NCBI GenBank assembly: GCA_965223855.1
Contig: CBDCXM010000009.1
Span: forward strand, 2,272,001-2,336,000
DNA from: Candidatus Multivoradales bacterium
Lineage (GTDB): Bacteria > Acidobacteriota > Thermoanaerobaculia > Multivoradales > JAHEKO01
Reading direction: 5' to 3'
Length of the DNA stretch: 64,000 nt
The translations under genes and the position numbers were made by a program. The notes below the pieces were generated by a model. It had not been told where the DNA came from. It ran no database searches and saw only the letters and a list, made by a program, of their open reading frames with translations. Position 1 is the stretch's first letter; each line of letters opens with the position of its first letter. Shown here piece by piece: positions 1 to 10,190 of this stretch.

Positions 1-1272
1 TCCTGGTCGGCCGACGCGGTGGTGCTGGCGACCGGCGGCTACGTCAACGTGTTCTTCCTCTCGACCAACGCCAAGGGGTGCAACACGACGGCGATCTGGC
101 GCGCCCACCGGCGCGGCGCCTACTTCGCGAACCCGTGCTACACGCAGATCCACCCGACCTGCATTCCCGTCAGTGGCGAGTACCAGTCGAAGCTCACGCT
201 GATGAGCGAGTCGTTGCGCAACGACGGCCGGATCTGGGTGCCGAAGAAGAAGGGCGACGATCGGTCTCCGTCGCAGATCCCGGACGATGAGCGCGACTAC
301 TACCTGGAGCGCAAGTACCCGGCGTTCGGCAACCTGGTGCCGCGCGACATCGCCTCGCGGGCGGCCAAGGAGGTGTGCGACGAGGGGCACGGTGTCGCGC
401 ATGCGGGCCTCGGCGTCTATCTCGACTTCGAGGATGCGATCGCGCGCCTCGGCCGGCAGGCGATCCAGGACCGCTACGGCAATCTGTTCGCCATGTACGA
501 GCGCATCACCGGCGACGATCCGTTCGACACGCCGATGAAGATCTACCCGGCGCCGCACTACAGCATGGGCGGACTGTGGGTCGACTACAACCTGATGTCG
601 AACGTTCCGGGTCTCTACGTCATCGGCGAGGCGAACTTCTCCGATCACGGCGCCAACCGGCTCGGCGCCAGTGCGCTGATGCAGGGGCTGGCGGACGGAT
701 ACTTCGTGCTGCCGTACACGATCGGCGACTACCTGGCGAAGCACATGGGTGAAGAGCCGCTCTCGACCGATGCTCCCGCGTTCCGGGCGGTGGAGGACGA
801 GGTGAGGGGCCGGATCGACACGCTGCTGTCGGTCGACGGCAGCCGGACGCCGGAGTCGTTCCACCGTGAGCTCGGCCGTCTGGTGTGGGACAAGTGCGGC
901 ATGGCCCGCAGCCGCGAGGGGCTCCAGGAGGCGCTCGCGAAGCTCCCCGATCTCAGAGAGCGCTTCTGGCGCGAGGTCAAGGTGAACGGCAGCGGGGAAG
1001 AGCTCAACCAGTCGCTCGAGGTTGCCGGCCGCGTCGCCGATTTCCTCGAGCTCGGCGAGCTGATGTGCCGCGACGCCCTCGAGCGCGAGGAGTCGTGCGG
1101 CACCCACTTCCGGACCGAGTATCAGACCCCGGAGGGGGAGGCGCGGCGCAACGACGAGGAGTTCACCTACGTCGCCGCCTGGGAGTGGGGCGGAGAGGGG
1201 CAGGCGGCCACCGTGCACAAGGAGTCGCTCGAGTTCGAAGGGCTCGAGTTGAGTCAGAGGAGCTACAAGTAA
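1..1272 (+). CDS. sdhA: Succinate dehydrogenase/fumarate reductase flavoprotein subunit (5'-truncated by window edge)
   Basis: [24 protein letters not shown] and HGANRLG motifs; TAA overlaps the ATG of the Fe-S subunit. Confidence 0.95.
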   Translation, partial: SWSADAVVLATGGYVNVFFLSTNAKGCNTTAIWRAHRRGAYFANPCYTQIHPTCIPVSGEYQSKLTLMSESLRNDGRIWVPKKKGDDRSPSQIPDDERDYYLERKYPAFGNLVPRDIASRAAKEVCDEGHGVAHAGLGVYLDFEDAIARLGRQAIQDRYGNLFAMYERITGDDPFDTPMKIYPAPHYSMGGLWVDYNLMSNVPGLYVIGEANFSDHGANRLGASALMQGLADGYFVLPYTIGDYLAKHMGEEPLSTDAPAFRAVEDEVRGRIDTLLSVDGSRTPESFHRELGRLVWDKCGMARSREGLQEALAKLPDLRERFWREVKVNGSGEELNQSLEVAGRVADFLELGELMCRDALEREESCGTHFRTEYQTPEGEARRNDEEFTYVAAWEWGGEGQAATVHKESLEFEGLELSQRSYK

Positions 1273-2024
1273 TGCGAATGCAACTGAGAGTCTGGCGTCA
1301 GGAGAGCCGAGACGTGCAGGGCGGCTTTGTCGACTACACGGTCGACGACGTCTCGCCCGACATGTCGTTCCTCGAGATGCTCGACGTGCTCAACGAGCAG
1401 CTCGCCGAGCGTGGAGACGAGCCGATCGCGTTCGATCACGACTGCCGCGAGGGGATCTGCGGCACCTGCAGTCTGATGATCAACGGCACGGCGCACGGCC
1501 CGAACAAGGCCACGACGACCTGCCAGCTCCACATGCGCTCCTTCCGCGACGGCGATTCGATCCAGATCGAGCCGTGGCGGGCCGCCGCCTTCCCGGTGCT
1601 GCGCGATCTGGTCGTCGATCGCAGCCCGTTCGACGAGATCATCCAGGCGGGCGGATTCGTGTCGGTCAACACCGGGAGCGCTCCGGACGCCAATCTGATC
1701 CCGATCGGCAAGCCGGTCGCCGACCGCGCGATGGACGCCGCCGAGTGCATCGGCTGCGGCGCCTGCGTCGCGCAGTGTCCCAACGGTGCCGCTCAGCTCT
1801 TCACGGCCGCCAAGGTGGCGCAGCTGGCGATCCTGCCGCAGGGGCAGCCCGAGCGAACCCAGCGCGTGCGGCGGATGGTGGAGACGATGGAGGCGAGCTT
1901 CGGTTCGTGCTCCAACTTCACCGAGTGCGAGGCGGTCTGCCCGAAGGAGATCTCGGTCGATTTCATCGGCACGATGAATCGCGAGTACCTCAAGGCGACG
2001 CTCTGCGGCGACGCAGCCGATTGA
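1272..2024 (+). CDS. sdhB: Succinate dehydrogenase/fumarate reductase iron-sulfur subunit
   Basis: CREGICGTC 2Fe-2S motif, [12 protein letters not shown] and [12 protein letters not shown]; ATG at 1272 coupled to the sdhA stop. Confidence 0.95.
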   Translation: MRMQLRVWRQESRDVQGGFVDYTVDDVSPDMSFLEMLDVLNEQLAERGDEPIAFDHDCREGICGTCSLMINGTAHGPNKATTTCQLHMRSFRDGDSIQIEPWRAAAFPVLRDLVVDRSPFDEIIQAGGFVSVNTGSAPDANLIPIGKPVADRAMDAAECIGCGACVAQCPNGAAQLFTAAKVAQLAILPQGQPERTQRVRRMVETMEASFGSCSNFTECEAVCPKEISVDFIGTMNREYLKATLCGDAAD

Positions 2025-2080
2025 CCGCATCGACGACCGTCGGCCTGCCCGGGCGGAGGATCCGGTCCGGCGCCTCGCGC

Positions 2081-2109
2081 TGTAACCGATCCGTGTTCGG
2101 GCGCATCTA
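2081..2109 (+). promoter_or_regulatory. Putative ECF-type promoter upstream of the RND operon
   Basis: TGTAAC-N17-CATCTA, resembling the AAC / CGTC-type ECF consensus, about 50 bp before the ATG at 2162. Confidence 0.4.
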
Positions 2110-2161
2110 GAATAGGCAGCGGTGCGTACCTTCTCGAAGTTGAGGGCGACCCGTCCACTCC

Positions 2162-5100
2162 ATGCCTCGTAAGCCGAATCCGATCGTCGATTTCTCGGTC
2201 AACCGTCGCATCACGCTCGTGATGGCGGTGGCCGGCCTGCTCGTGCTCGGCTGGATGTCGGTCACCCGGCTGCCGCTCGAGTTTCTGCCTTCGTTCTCCT
2301 CGTCGAGCGTCTCGGTGAGCGTCAGCTACCCGTCGTCGTCTCCGGAGGAGATCGCCCGCCTCATCGTCCAGCCGCTCGAGGACAGCCTCGGCACGATCAA
2401 CGGCATCGAGACGATGTCGTCGTCGGCGGACGCCAGCTCAGGCGACGTCCGCCTGACGTTCGTCGACGGCACCGACATGGAACTGGCCGCCGTCGACGTC
2501 CGCGACCGGGTCGATCGGGTGCGTCACCTCCTTCCCGATGACGTCGACCGCGTGCGGATCCGCCGCTTCCAGAGCAGCGACATCCCGGTTCTGAGCTCTC
2601 ACCTGAGCGCGGACTGGCCGCGCGAGCGGCTGTTCGACTTCGCAGAGAACACGGTGCAGCGCAGGCTCGAGAGACTCGAGGGGGTGGCGCAGGTGACGCT
2701 GCGGGGTGTCGAGAGTCCGAAGGTACAGATCGATCTCGACCCGGACCGCCTGCAGGCACACCGGGTGAACGTCCGCGACCTGGTCGCGCGCCTGCGCGCC
2801 GAGAACCGCGACCTGACCGCCGGCGACGTCACCGACGGCGGCCGTGAGCTGCTCGTGCGCACGCTCGGCGAGTTCCGCAGTCTCGACGAGATCCGGCGCC
2901 TGCCGCTGGGCGCCGACGGGTTGCGCCTGGAGGACGTTGCGGAAGTCACCTATACCTTCCCGCAGCAGGAGGACTTCTCGTTCCTCAACGGCACCGAGGC
3001 GTTGACGGTGCGAGTCAACAAGACCTCGACCAGCAACGTCCTCGACGTCGTCGATGTCGTCCAGGCCGAGATGGCCGCGATCCTCGAGCTCGAAGCGGCC
3101 GAGGGGATTCGCTGGCGCCCCTACCACGACGCCTCGATCGAGGTTCGCGAGGGTCTGGCGCAGCTGCGCAACGCCGGGCTCTTCGGTGCCGGCCTCGCGA
3201 TCCTGGCGGTGTTCGTCTTCCTGCGGCGGCTGCGCACCACGCTGCTCGTGGCGTTGGCGATGCCGGTCTCCGTGGTCGCGACCTTCGCGGCGATGTACCT
3301 GCTGCGCCAGGGGCAGCTCTCGGACATCACCCTGAACGTCGTCAGCCTCGCCGGCCTGATGCTGGCTCTCGGCATGCTGGTCGACAACTCGATCGTCGTG
3401 ATCGAGTCGATCTTTCGCCATCGCAACGAGCTCGGCGAGCCGTCGCGGACCGCCGCCCTCAAGGGGGCGAGTGAAGTGGCGCTGCCGATCCTCGCCTCGA
3501 CCGCGACGACGCTGTGCGTCTTCACGCCGATCATCTTCATGGGGGGCAGCGGCTTCCTCCAGACCTACATGATCAACATCGCGACGACGATCTCGATCGT
3601 TATCGCCACGTCGCTCGTCGTCTCGCTGACCCTGGTGCCGATGGTGGCGGTCTGGCTGCTGGAGCGGCAGCAGAGCCGTCCGCCGGGCCTCATCAGCCGC
3701 TGGCGCGACGGCTACGCCCGGACTCTCGCCTTCACCCTCCATCACCGGGGGGTGTTCCTGATCCTCATCGTCGCCATGCTCGGCGGCGCGATCTACCTCT
3801 TCGGCACCATCGAGCGCTCGTTCTCGAGCGGCGGCGAGGAGCGGCAGGTGATCGTTTCGGTCGACACGCCGAGGCAGTACTCGTTCGAGCAGACCGAGGC
3901 TCTCTACGCCGAGCTCTACGATCTCTTCGACGCGCGCCGCGACGAACTCGACATCGCCGACATCGCACACTCCTACGACCGGGGGACCGGCCGCTCGCGG
4001 GGCGGCTGGCGCGGCGGCCGGCGCTTCGAGATCTTCCTCACCGACGAGTCGGAGGCGACGAAGACCACCGCCGAGATCCGCGACGAGGTCCGCGGCCTCC
4101 TGCCGACCCGGGCCGGAGTCGGCCTGAGGATCGCGCAGACCCGCCACCGCTCGGGATCCGGCGGCATCGAGGTCGAGCTCTCCGGGGACGATCTCGCGGT
4201 GCTCGAGCGGCTCAGCAAGAGGCTCACGAAGGAGCTGGCGGCGTTGCCGATGCTCAAGGACATCGACACGACGCTCGAGTCGGGCGACGAGGAGATCCAC
4301 GTCAAGGTGCAGACCGACCGCATCACCCAGGCGGGTCTCTCGAGCAACGCCGTGGCGGCGACGGTCTCGAACTCGCTCACCAGTCGGGCGGTCAGCCGGA
4401 TGCGGGCAGCCGATCGGGAGATCGACATCGTCGTCCAGTACCGCGAGGAGGATCGCGAGACGCTGGAGCAGTTGAAGTCGGTGCCGGTGTTTGCCAACGG
4501 GACGCCGGTGCCGCTGTCGGCGCTTGCTGAGTTCGAGCAGGTGGCGGGCCCGCAGAAGGTCGAGCGTGAGAACCACCGCGCGAAGGTGCAGGTGACCGCC
4601 AACGCGGAGGCCGACTCCGCCTTCATGGCGATGGGCGCGGTCGGCCGGCTGATGGCGCAGTTTCCGCTGCCGCCGGGTTACGAGTGGAGCTTCGGCCGCT
4701 GGAACCGCTACCAGCAGCAGGACCAGGCGCAGGGCAGGTTCGCCTTCGTCTTCGGTCTGCTGCTCGTCTACATGCTGATGGCGGCTCTCTTCGAGAGCTT
4801 CGCCCAGCCGTTCACCATCATGTTCTCGGTGCCGTTCGCGCTCCTCGGCGTGGCGGTGGTGATGAAGCTGTTCAACCAGCAGCTCGATCCGATGGCGATG
4901 CTCGGGCTGGTGATCCTGATGGGCGTCGTCGTCAACAACGCGATCGTGCTGATCGACCACATCAACAGCCTGCGCAAGGACGGCATGGGTCGCGACGCGG
5001 CGATCCTCCAGGGCGGCAAGGACCGCCTGCGGCCGATCCTCATCACCGCGGTCACGACCATCGTAGGGCTGCTGCCGCTGGTGGCTCCGATCCTCCTGCC

Positions 5101-5272
5101 GTCGCTCTTCGGGCCGATCGAGGGGCGTGCCGGGACCTGGGCTCCGATCGGACTGGTCATCATGGGCGGCCTCACCACCTCGACCTTCCTCACCCTGATC
5201 ATCATTCCGACTCTCTATTCTCTGATCGACGACCTCACCGGATTCGCGCGCCGCGTTCTGCGAGCTGCCTGA
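2162..5272 (+). CDS. RND efflux transporter permease subunit (AcrB/AcrD/AcrF family)
   Basis: 1036 aa, RND topology, GMLVDNSIVVIE and RLRPILIT motifs. Confidence 0.93.
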   Translation: MPRKPNPIVDFSVNRRITLVMAVAGLLVLGWMSVTRLPLEFLPSFSSSSVSVSVSYPSSSPEEIARLIVQPLEDSLGTINGIETMSSSADASSGDVRLTFVDGTDMELAAVDVRDRVDRVRHLLPDDVDRVRIRRFQSSDIPVLSSHLSADWPRERLFDFAENTVQRRLERLEGVAQVTLRGVESPKVQIDLDPDRLQAHRVNVRDLVARLRAENRDLTAGDVTDGGRELLVRTLGEFRSLDEIRRLPLGADGLRLEDVAEVTYTFPQQEDFSFLNGTEALTVRVNKTSTSNVLDVVDVVQAEMAAILELEAAEGIRWRPYHDASIEVREGLAQLRNAGLFGAGLAILAVFVFLRRLRTTLLVALAMPVSVVATFAAMYLLRQGQLSDITLNVVSLAGLMLALGMLVDNSIVVIESIFRHRNELGEPSRTAALKGASEVALPILASTATTLCVFTPIIFMGGSGFLQTYMINIATTISIVIATSLVVSLTLVPMVAVWLLERQQSRPPGLISRWRDGYARTLAFTLHHRGVFLILIVAMLGGAIYLFGTIERSFSSGGEERQVIVSVDTPRQYSFEQTEALYAELYDLFDARRDELDIADIAHSYDRGTGRSRGGWRGGRRFEIFLTDESEATKTTAEIRDEVRGLLPTRAGVGLRIAQTRHRSGSGGIEVELSGDDLAVLERLSKRLTKELAALPMLKDIDTTLESGDEEIHVKVQTDRITQAGLSSNAVAATVSNSLTSRAVSRMRAADREIDIVVQYREEDRETLEQLKSVPVFANGTPVPLSALAEFEQVAGPQKVERENHRAKVQVTANAEADSAFMAMGAVGRLMAQFPLPPGYEWSFGRWNRYQQQDQAQGRFAFVFGLLLVYMLMAALFESFAQPFTIMFSVPFALLGVAVVMKLFNQQLDPMAMLGLVILMGVVVNNAIVLIDHINSLRKDGMGRDAAILQGGKDRLRPILITAVTTIVGLLPLVAPILLPSLFGPIEGRAGTWAPIGLVIMGGLTTSTFLTLIIIPTLYSLIDDLTGFARRVLRAA

Positions 5273-5293
5273 CCGCTGAAGGCTGGGGGAACG

Positions 5294-6679
5294 ATGTTGC
5301 GACGACTCTCGAACCTTGTGCGCCCATCGAGCGCCTTCTTGCCGGCACTGTTGCTGATCCTGGCTTGCGGTGGCGGGGACTCCGGTGACGGCCCGCCCGG
5401 CGGCGGTCGCGGGCGTGGCGGTCCGCCGGGAGGTTTCGGCGGTGCACCGACACCCGCAGCGGCCGTGCCGGTCGAGACCACGCCGGTCGTGCGCCGCGAC
5501 ATCGCGGCCTTCATCGAAACCAACGGGACGCTGGAGGCGGAGGAAGAGGTCGACATCGTCGCCCGCACGGCCGGGCCGATCGTGTCGCTCCAGGCCGAAG
5601 AGGACGACACCGTGAAGGCGGGAGAGCTCCTCGCCCGCCTGGACCAGGATCAGATCCGGGCTCAGCTCGAGGTGTCGCGCGTCGCCCTCCAGGAGGCGGA
5701 GACCGCCTTCGAGCGGGCGGAGGCGCTCCAGCGAGCGAACCTCATCAGCGCGGAGGAGTACGACCGCGCCCGCAACTCGCTCGACTCCGCGCGCGCCGCC
5801 TTTCGCGGCAACGAGATCCAGATGGGCTACACCAACATCCGTGCCCCCTTCGGCGGGCTGATCGTGCGCCGCTACGTGAAGTTCGCGGAGACGGTCAGCG
5901 TCAACCAGCCGCTCTTCCGGCTTTCGGACTTCGACCCGCTGCTGTGCCCGATCCAGGTTCCGGAGCGCGAACTGTCGCGCCTCGCCGTCGGCCAGAAAGC
6001 GCATCTCACGGTCGATGCCTGGCGGGGTGAGCGGTTCGAGGCGAGCGTGCTGCGGCTCTCCCCAGTCGTCGACGCCGCCACCGGCACCATCAGGGTGACG
6101 CTCGAGGTCGAGGGGCGGGGCAAGCTCCGGCCGGGGATGTTCGCCAGCGTCTTCCTGCAGACCGAGACCCACGAGGACGCACTGGTGATTCCCAAGGCGG
6201 CGCTGGCGCTCGACAGCATCGGTGACGCGGTGTTCGTCGCCGTCGACGGCGCGGCGGCGCGGCGCGAAGTCCGCCTCGGAGTTCGCGAGGGAGATTCGGT
6301 CGAGGTGGTCGAAGGTCTCGCGGAAGGGGACGCGGTCATCTCGGTCGGCCAGGACTCGGTTTCCGACGGCACACCGATCACCGTGCTCGACGGGCCGGGC
6401 GCGGGCGAAGGTGCTGACGCTGAGTCGAGGGAGAGCGGCATGGCGCCCGATCCCGAGCGGCTGGAGCGCTTCCGCGAGGGGATGCGCGAGCGCGGCCTGA
6501 GCGAGGAGGAGATCGACCAGCGCCTGGAGCAGATGCGGGAGCGCTTCGGTGGTTCCGGTCCGCCGCAGGGGCGTCCGGCACCTGGTGAGGACGACTCCGC
6601 CGGCGGCGACTCCGGCGACAGCGACGGCGCCGCGGACGGTGCGAGTCCCGCCCAGGATCCCTCGGGCGGCAACGGCTGA
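5294..6679 (+). CDS. RND periplasmic adaptor (membrane fusion protein), probable lipoprotein
   Basis: Lipobox ILAC, IRAPFGG, LRPGMF and IPKAAL motifs. Confidence 0.92.
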   Translation: MLRRLSNLVRPSSAFLPALLLILACGGGDSGDGPPGGGRGRGGPPGGFGGAPTPAAAVPVETTPVVRRDIAAFIETNGTLEAEEEVDIVARTAGPIVSLQAEEDDTVKAGELLARLDQDQIRAQLEVSRVALQEAETAFERAEALQRANLISAEEYDRARNSLDSARAAFRGNEIQMGYTNIRAPFGGLIVRRYVKFAETVSVNQPLFRLSDFDPLLCPIQVPERELSRLAVGQKAHLTVDAWRGERFEASVLRLSPVVDAATGTIRVTLEVEGRGKLRPGMFASVFLQTETHEDALVIPKAALALDSIGDAVFVAVDGAAARREVRLGVREGDSVEVVEGLAEGDAVISVGQDSVSDGTPITVLDGPGAGEGADAESRESGMAPDPERLERFREGMRERGLSEEEIDQRLEQMRERFGGSGPPQGRPAPGEDDSAGGDSGDSDGAADGASPAQDPSGGNG

Positions 6680-6700
6680 GCCGACGCCGAAGGCACTTCG

Positions 6701-9700
6701 ATGAAGCTGATCGAGCTCTCCACTCGCCGGCCGGTGACGGTCTTCATCTTCGCCGTCGCGGCGGTGGTGTTCGGCCTGGTGGCGCTCGGGCGGCTGGCGA
6801 CCGATCTGCTGCCGGACATCACCTACCCGTCGCTGACGGTGCGAACCGGCTACGACGGCGCGGCGCCGATCGAGATCGAGAGCCTCGTCACCCGGCCGAT
6901 CGAGAACGCGGCCGGCGTCGTCAACGGGGTGGTGCGGGTGAACTCGAGCTCACGGGCGGACGTCAGCGAGGTGACGCTCGAGTTCGGCTGGGGGACCGAC
7001 ATGGATCTGGCGGGGCTCGACGTGCGCGAGCGCCTCGACCAGATCGAGTTGCCGGACGATGCCGATCGCCCGGTGCTGCTGCGCTACGACCCGTCGCTCG
7101 ACCCGATCGTGCGGCTCGGAGTGAGTGGGGAAGACGACCTGATCCGCCTGCGTCTGCTCGCCGAAGAAGAGATCAAGCGTTCGCTCGAGCGGATCGAGGG
7201 GGTCGCCGGCGTGGTCGTGAGCGGAGGCCTCGAGGAAGAGATCCAGGTCGAGCTCGACGAGCGCCGGATGGCGAATCTCGGGCTCGATGCCGGCCTCGTC
7301 GTCACCCGCCTGGCGCAGGAGAACGTCAATCTCACCGGCGGGCGGCTCATCGAGGGGCAGAGCGAGTACCTGGTACGCACCCTTCAGGAGATCGTCCGAG
7401 CAGAGGATCTGGAGGAGATCGTGCTGACCAGCGATCAGGGGGCGATCGTTCGTCTGCGCGACGTCGGCACGGTTGTCACCGGCGCGAAGGAGCGCGAGAT
7501 CGTCACCCGCATCGACGGCAGCGAGAGCGTCGAGGTGGCGGTCTACAAGGAGGGCGGGACGAACACGGTCACGGTGTCGGACGCCGTGCAGCAGGGGATC
7601 GACGAGCTGCGCACCGAGCTGCGCCGGATCGATCCCAACCTCGAGCTGACCCTCGTCTCGGACCAGGCGCGCTATATCCGCCAGTCGATCTCCGAGGTTC
7701 TCAAGACGGCGGCGATGGGCGGCATCCTGGCGGTGCTGGTGCTCTACTTCTTCCTCCGTTCTTGGAAGACGACGTTCATCATCGGGGCGGCGATCCCGAT
7801 CTCGGTGGTGGCGACGTTCTTCCTCATGTACTCGCGCGACATCTCGCTCAACATCATGTCGCTCGGCGGGTTGACGCTCGGCATCGGCCTGCTGGTCGAC
7901 AACGCGATCGTCGTCCTCGAGGCGATCCAGCGACGCCGTGACCAGGGGGACGACGACGTCGAGGCCGCCGTCACCGGAGCCAGCCAGGTCGGTCGCGCCG
8001 TGATCGCCTCGACGCTGACGACGATCTGCGTCTTCCTGCCGATCGTCTTCGTCGAGGGGGTCGCCGGGCAGCTCTTCGGCGATCAGGCGATGACGGTCGC
8101 GTTCTCCCTCGTGCTGTCCCTGATCGTCGCGCTGACGGTGATCCCGATGCTCGCCTCGCGGCGCTTCTCGCCCTCGGAGGAAGGAGAGGAGCCGGCGGCC
8201 GACGAGTCGCAGGGTCGCCTCGCGTCCATCCGACGCGGGATCTCGAAGGTCTTCTTCCTGGCCGGAGTCTGGCTGGCCCGAGGGCTGCGCGCCGTACGCG
8301 ACGGGATCGCCTGGGTGGTGGACAAGCTGCTCGCCGTACCGCTCGCGCTCTTCGAGCGCGGCTTTGCGGCATTGGCCGGGCTCTATGCGAAGGTGCTCGA
8401 CGGCGCGCTCGCGCGGCCTATCGTCACGGTCGTAGTGGCCCTTGCGCTGCTGGCGGCGAGCCTCCTTCTGTTCCCGCTCCTCGGGAGCGAGCTGGTGCCG
8501 GAGATGATCCAGGGCGAGTTCTTCGTCGATCTCGAGTTGCCGCCGGGGACGCGGCTCGAGGTGACGGAGCGACGCGTCCGCGATCTCGAGCGCTTCGCCG
8601 CCGAGTTGGACGGCGTCGAAATGGTGTACGCCCTCGTCGGCAGCTCGAACGAACAGGGTGGCGTGTCGGGCGAGCGGCGCGAGAACCTCGCGCAGTTGAC
8701 GCTTCGCCTGACGCCACCGGTCGATCGCGACCGGGAAGAGGCGCTGATGGAACTTCTTCGCGAGCCGCTCGACCGACAGGAGGGACTCGAGTATCGCTTC
8801 GGGCGCCCGTCCTACTTCACCTTCAGGACGCCGGTCGAGTTCGAGATCCGCGGTTACAACCTTGAACTGCTCACCCGGCTGGCGAACGAGGCGGTGACGC
8901 GGGTGAGCGCGATCCCGGGGTTGTCGGACGTCAAGTCTTCGACCGAAGGGGGGAGCCCCGAGCTGCAGATTCGCTTCGATCGCGAACGGCTCGCCAACCT
9001 CGGCCTCAACCTGAGCGATCTCGCGTCCACGGTGCGCAGCAAGGTCCAGGGGACGATCGCCACCGATATCCAGCGCGACGACCGCACGATCGACATCCGC
9101 ATGCGCGCCGGCGAGGAGTTCCGCGACAGCGTCCAGGATCTGCTGGAGCTCACCGTCGCGCAGCGCGGCAAGACGGCGGTGCCGCTGTCGGCGGTCGCCG
9201 AGGTGGCTCAGGTCGAGGGGCCGGCGGAGATCCGGCGCTCGGAGGGCGATCGGATCGCCTTGATCTCGGCCAATCTCGTGGGGCGCGATCTCGGCTCGGT
9301 GACGGAGGAAATCGAGGCGACGATGGCCGGCCTGACGCTCCCGAGCGGTTTCGACTGGGCGATGGGCGGTCAGCAGGAGGAGATGGAGACGTCGTTCGAC
9401 AGCATGCGGATGGCGATCCTGCTGGCGATCTTCATGGTCTACCTGGTGATGGCCTCGCAGTTCGAGTCGCTGGTGCACCCGCTGGTGATCCTCTTCAGCG
9501 TCCCCTTCTCGCTGATCGGCGTGCTGGTGGCGCTGACTGTCGGCGGCATCGCGGTGAGCATCGTGGTTCTGATCGGGGTGATCCTCCTCACCGGGATCGT
9601 GGTGAACAACGCGATCATCCTGGTGGACTACACGAACTCGCTGCGGCGCGACGGGGCGAAGAAGCTCGAGGCACTGCGGCAGGCGGGCAAGGTGCGGCTG

Positions 9701-9886
9701 CGCCCGATCCTGATGACGACGGCGACGACGGTCTTGGGGCTGCTGCCGATGGCGGTGGGGTTGGGAGAGGGGGCGGAGTTGCGGACGCCGATGGCGTGGA
9801 CGGTGATCGGTGGGTTGCTAACTTCGACCCTGCTGACGCTGGTGATCGTGCCTGCGGCGTACTCGTTGGTGGATCGACGCGATTGA
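6701..9886 (+). CDS. Second RND efflux transporter permease subunit
   Basis: 1061 aa, GLLVDNAIVVLE and RLRPILMTT motifs. Confidence 0.93.
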   Translation: MKLIELSTRRPVTVFIFAVAAVVFGLVALGRLATDLLPDITYPSLTVRTGYDGAAPIEIESLVTRPIENAAGVVNGVVRVNSSSRADVSEVTLEFGWGTDMDLAGLDVRERLDQIELPDDADRPVLLRYDPSLDPIVRLGVSGEDDLIRLRLLAEEEIKRSLERIEGVAGVVVSGGLEEEIQVELDERRMANLGLDAGLVVTRLAQENVNLTGGRLIEGQSEYLVRTLQEIVRAEDLEEIVLTSDQGAIVRLRDVGTVVTGAKEREIVTRIDGSESVEVAVYKEGGTNTVTVSDAVQQGIDELRTELRRIDPNLELTLVSDQARYIRQSISEVLKTAAMGGILAVLVLYFFLRSWKTTFIIGAAIPISVVATFFLMYSRDISLNIMSLGGLTLGIGLLVDNAIVVLEAIQRRRDQGDDDVEAAVTGASQVGRAVIASTLTTICVFLPIVFVEGVAGQLFGDQAMTVAFSLVLSLIVALTVIPMLASRRFSPSEEGEEPAADESQGRLASIRRGISKVFFLAGVWLARGLRAVRDGIAWVVDKLLAVPLALFERGFAALAGLYAKVLDGALARPIVTVVVALALLAASLLLFPLLGSELVPEMIQGEFFVDLELPPGTRLEVTERRVRDLERFAAELDGVEMVYALVGSSNEQGGVSGERRENLAQLTLRLTPPVDRDREEALMELLREPLDRQEGLEYRFGRPSYFTFRTPVEFEIRGYNLELLTRLANEAVTRVSAIPGLSDVKSSTEGGSPELQIRFDRERLANLGLNLSDLASTVRSKVQGTIATDIQRDDRTIDIRMRAGEEFRDSVQDLLELTVAQRGKTAVPLSAVAEVAQVEGPAEIRRSEGDRIALISANLVGRDLGSVTEEIEATMAGLTLPSGFDWAMGGQQEEMETSFDSMRMAILLAIFMVYLVMASQFESLVHPLVILFSVPFSLIGVLVALTVGGIAVSIVVLIGVILLTGIVVNNAIILVDYTNSLRRDGAKKLEALRQAGKVRLRPILMTTATTVLGLLPMAVGLGEGAELRTPMAWTVIGGLLTSTLLTLVIVPAAYSLVDRRD

Positions 9887-9913
9887 GCTCGCGGGCGCGC
9901 GTCCCCTGAAACC

Positions 9914-10157
9914 GGCCCGCCTTCGAACTCCAGAAGCTGCCTCTGCGGGGGCCGGCTGCGCCGGCCCGGGAGGGGGTGTCTTCTCGGCTGGCGTCCCGCC
10001 AGCCAGAGCGCTTCGCGCTCTCGCGCGTACTCGGTAGCAGGCTCGGCAGCGCGCGGCTCTCATCGCCGTTGCTGGGTTCGGCTGCAGCTCGAGGCACCGG
10101 TGAGGGGCTCGGCGATGAGCCCCCGCTGAGCCAGCTTTCAGAAGTCGAAAGCGGGCC
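9914..10157. repeat. Intergenic palindromic element family A, copy 1 (REPIN/MITE-like)
   Basis: About 38-bp imperfect terminal inverted repeats (GGCCCGC...GCGGGGG / CCCCCGC...GCGGGCC); 10021-10159 aligns with 12852-12990. Confidence 0.75.
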
Positions 10158-10190
10158 TACCGGAGAGGTGGAGAAGCGATCTGCCCTTTG

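Noticed and set aside
2438-9478. Very long antisense ORFs (2438-6172 and 6950-9478; similarly 19310-21196, 27712-30252, 35304-37709, 48859-50961, 51647-53569, 57886-59865)
   Set aside because: Shadow frames of well-supported genes in high-GC DNA, with no recognisable motifs.
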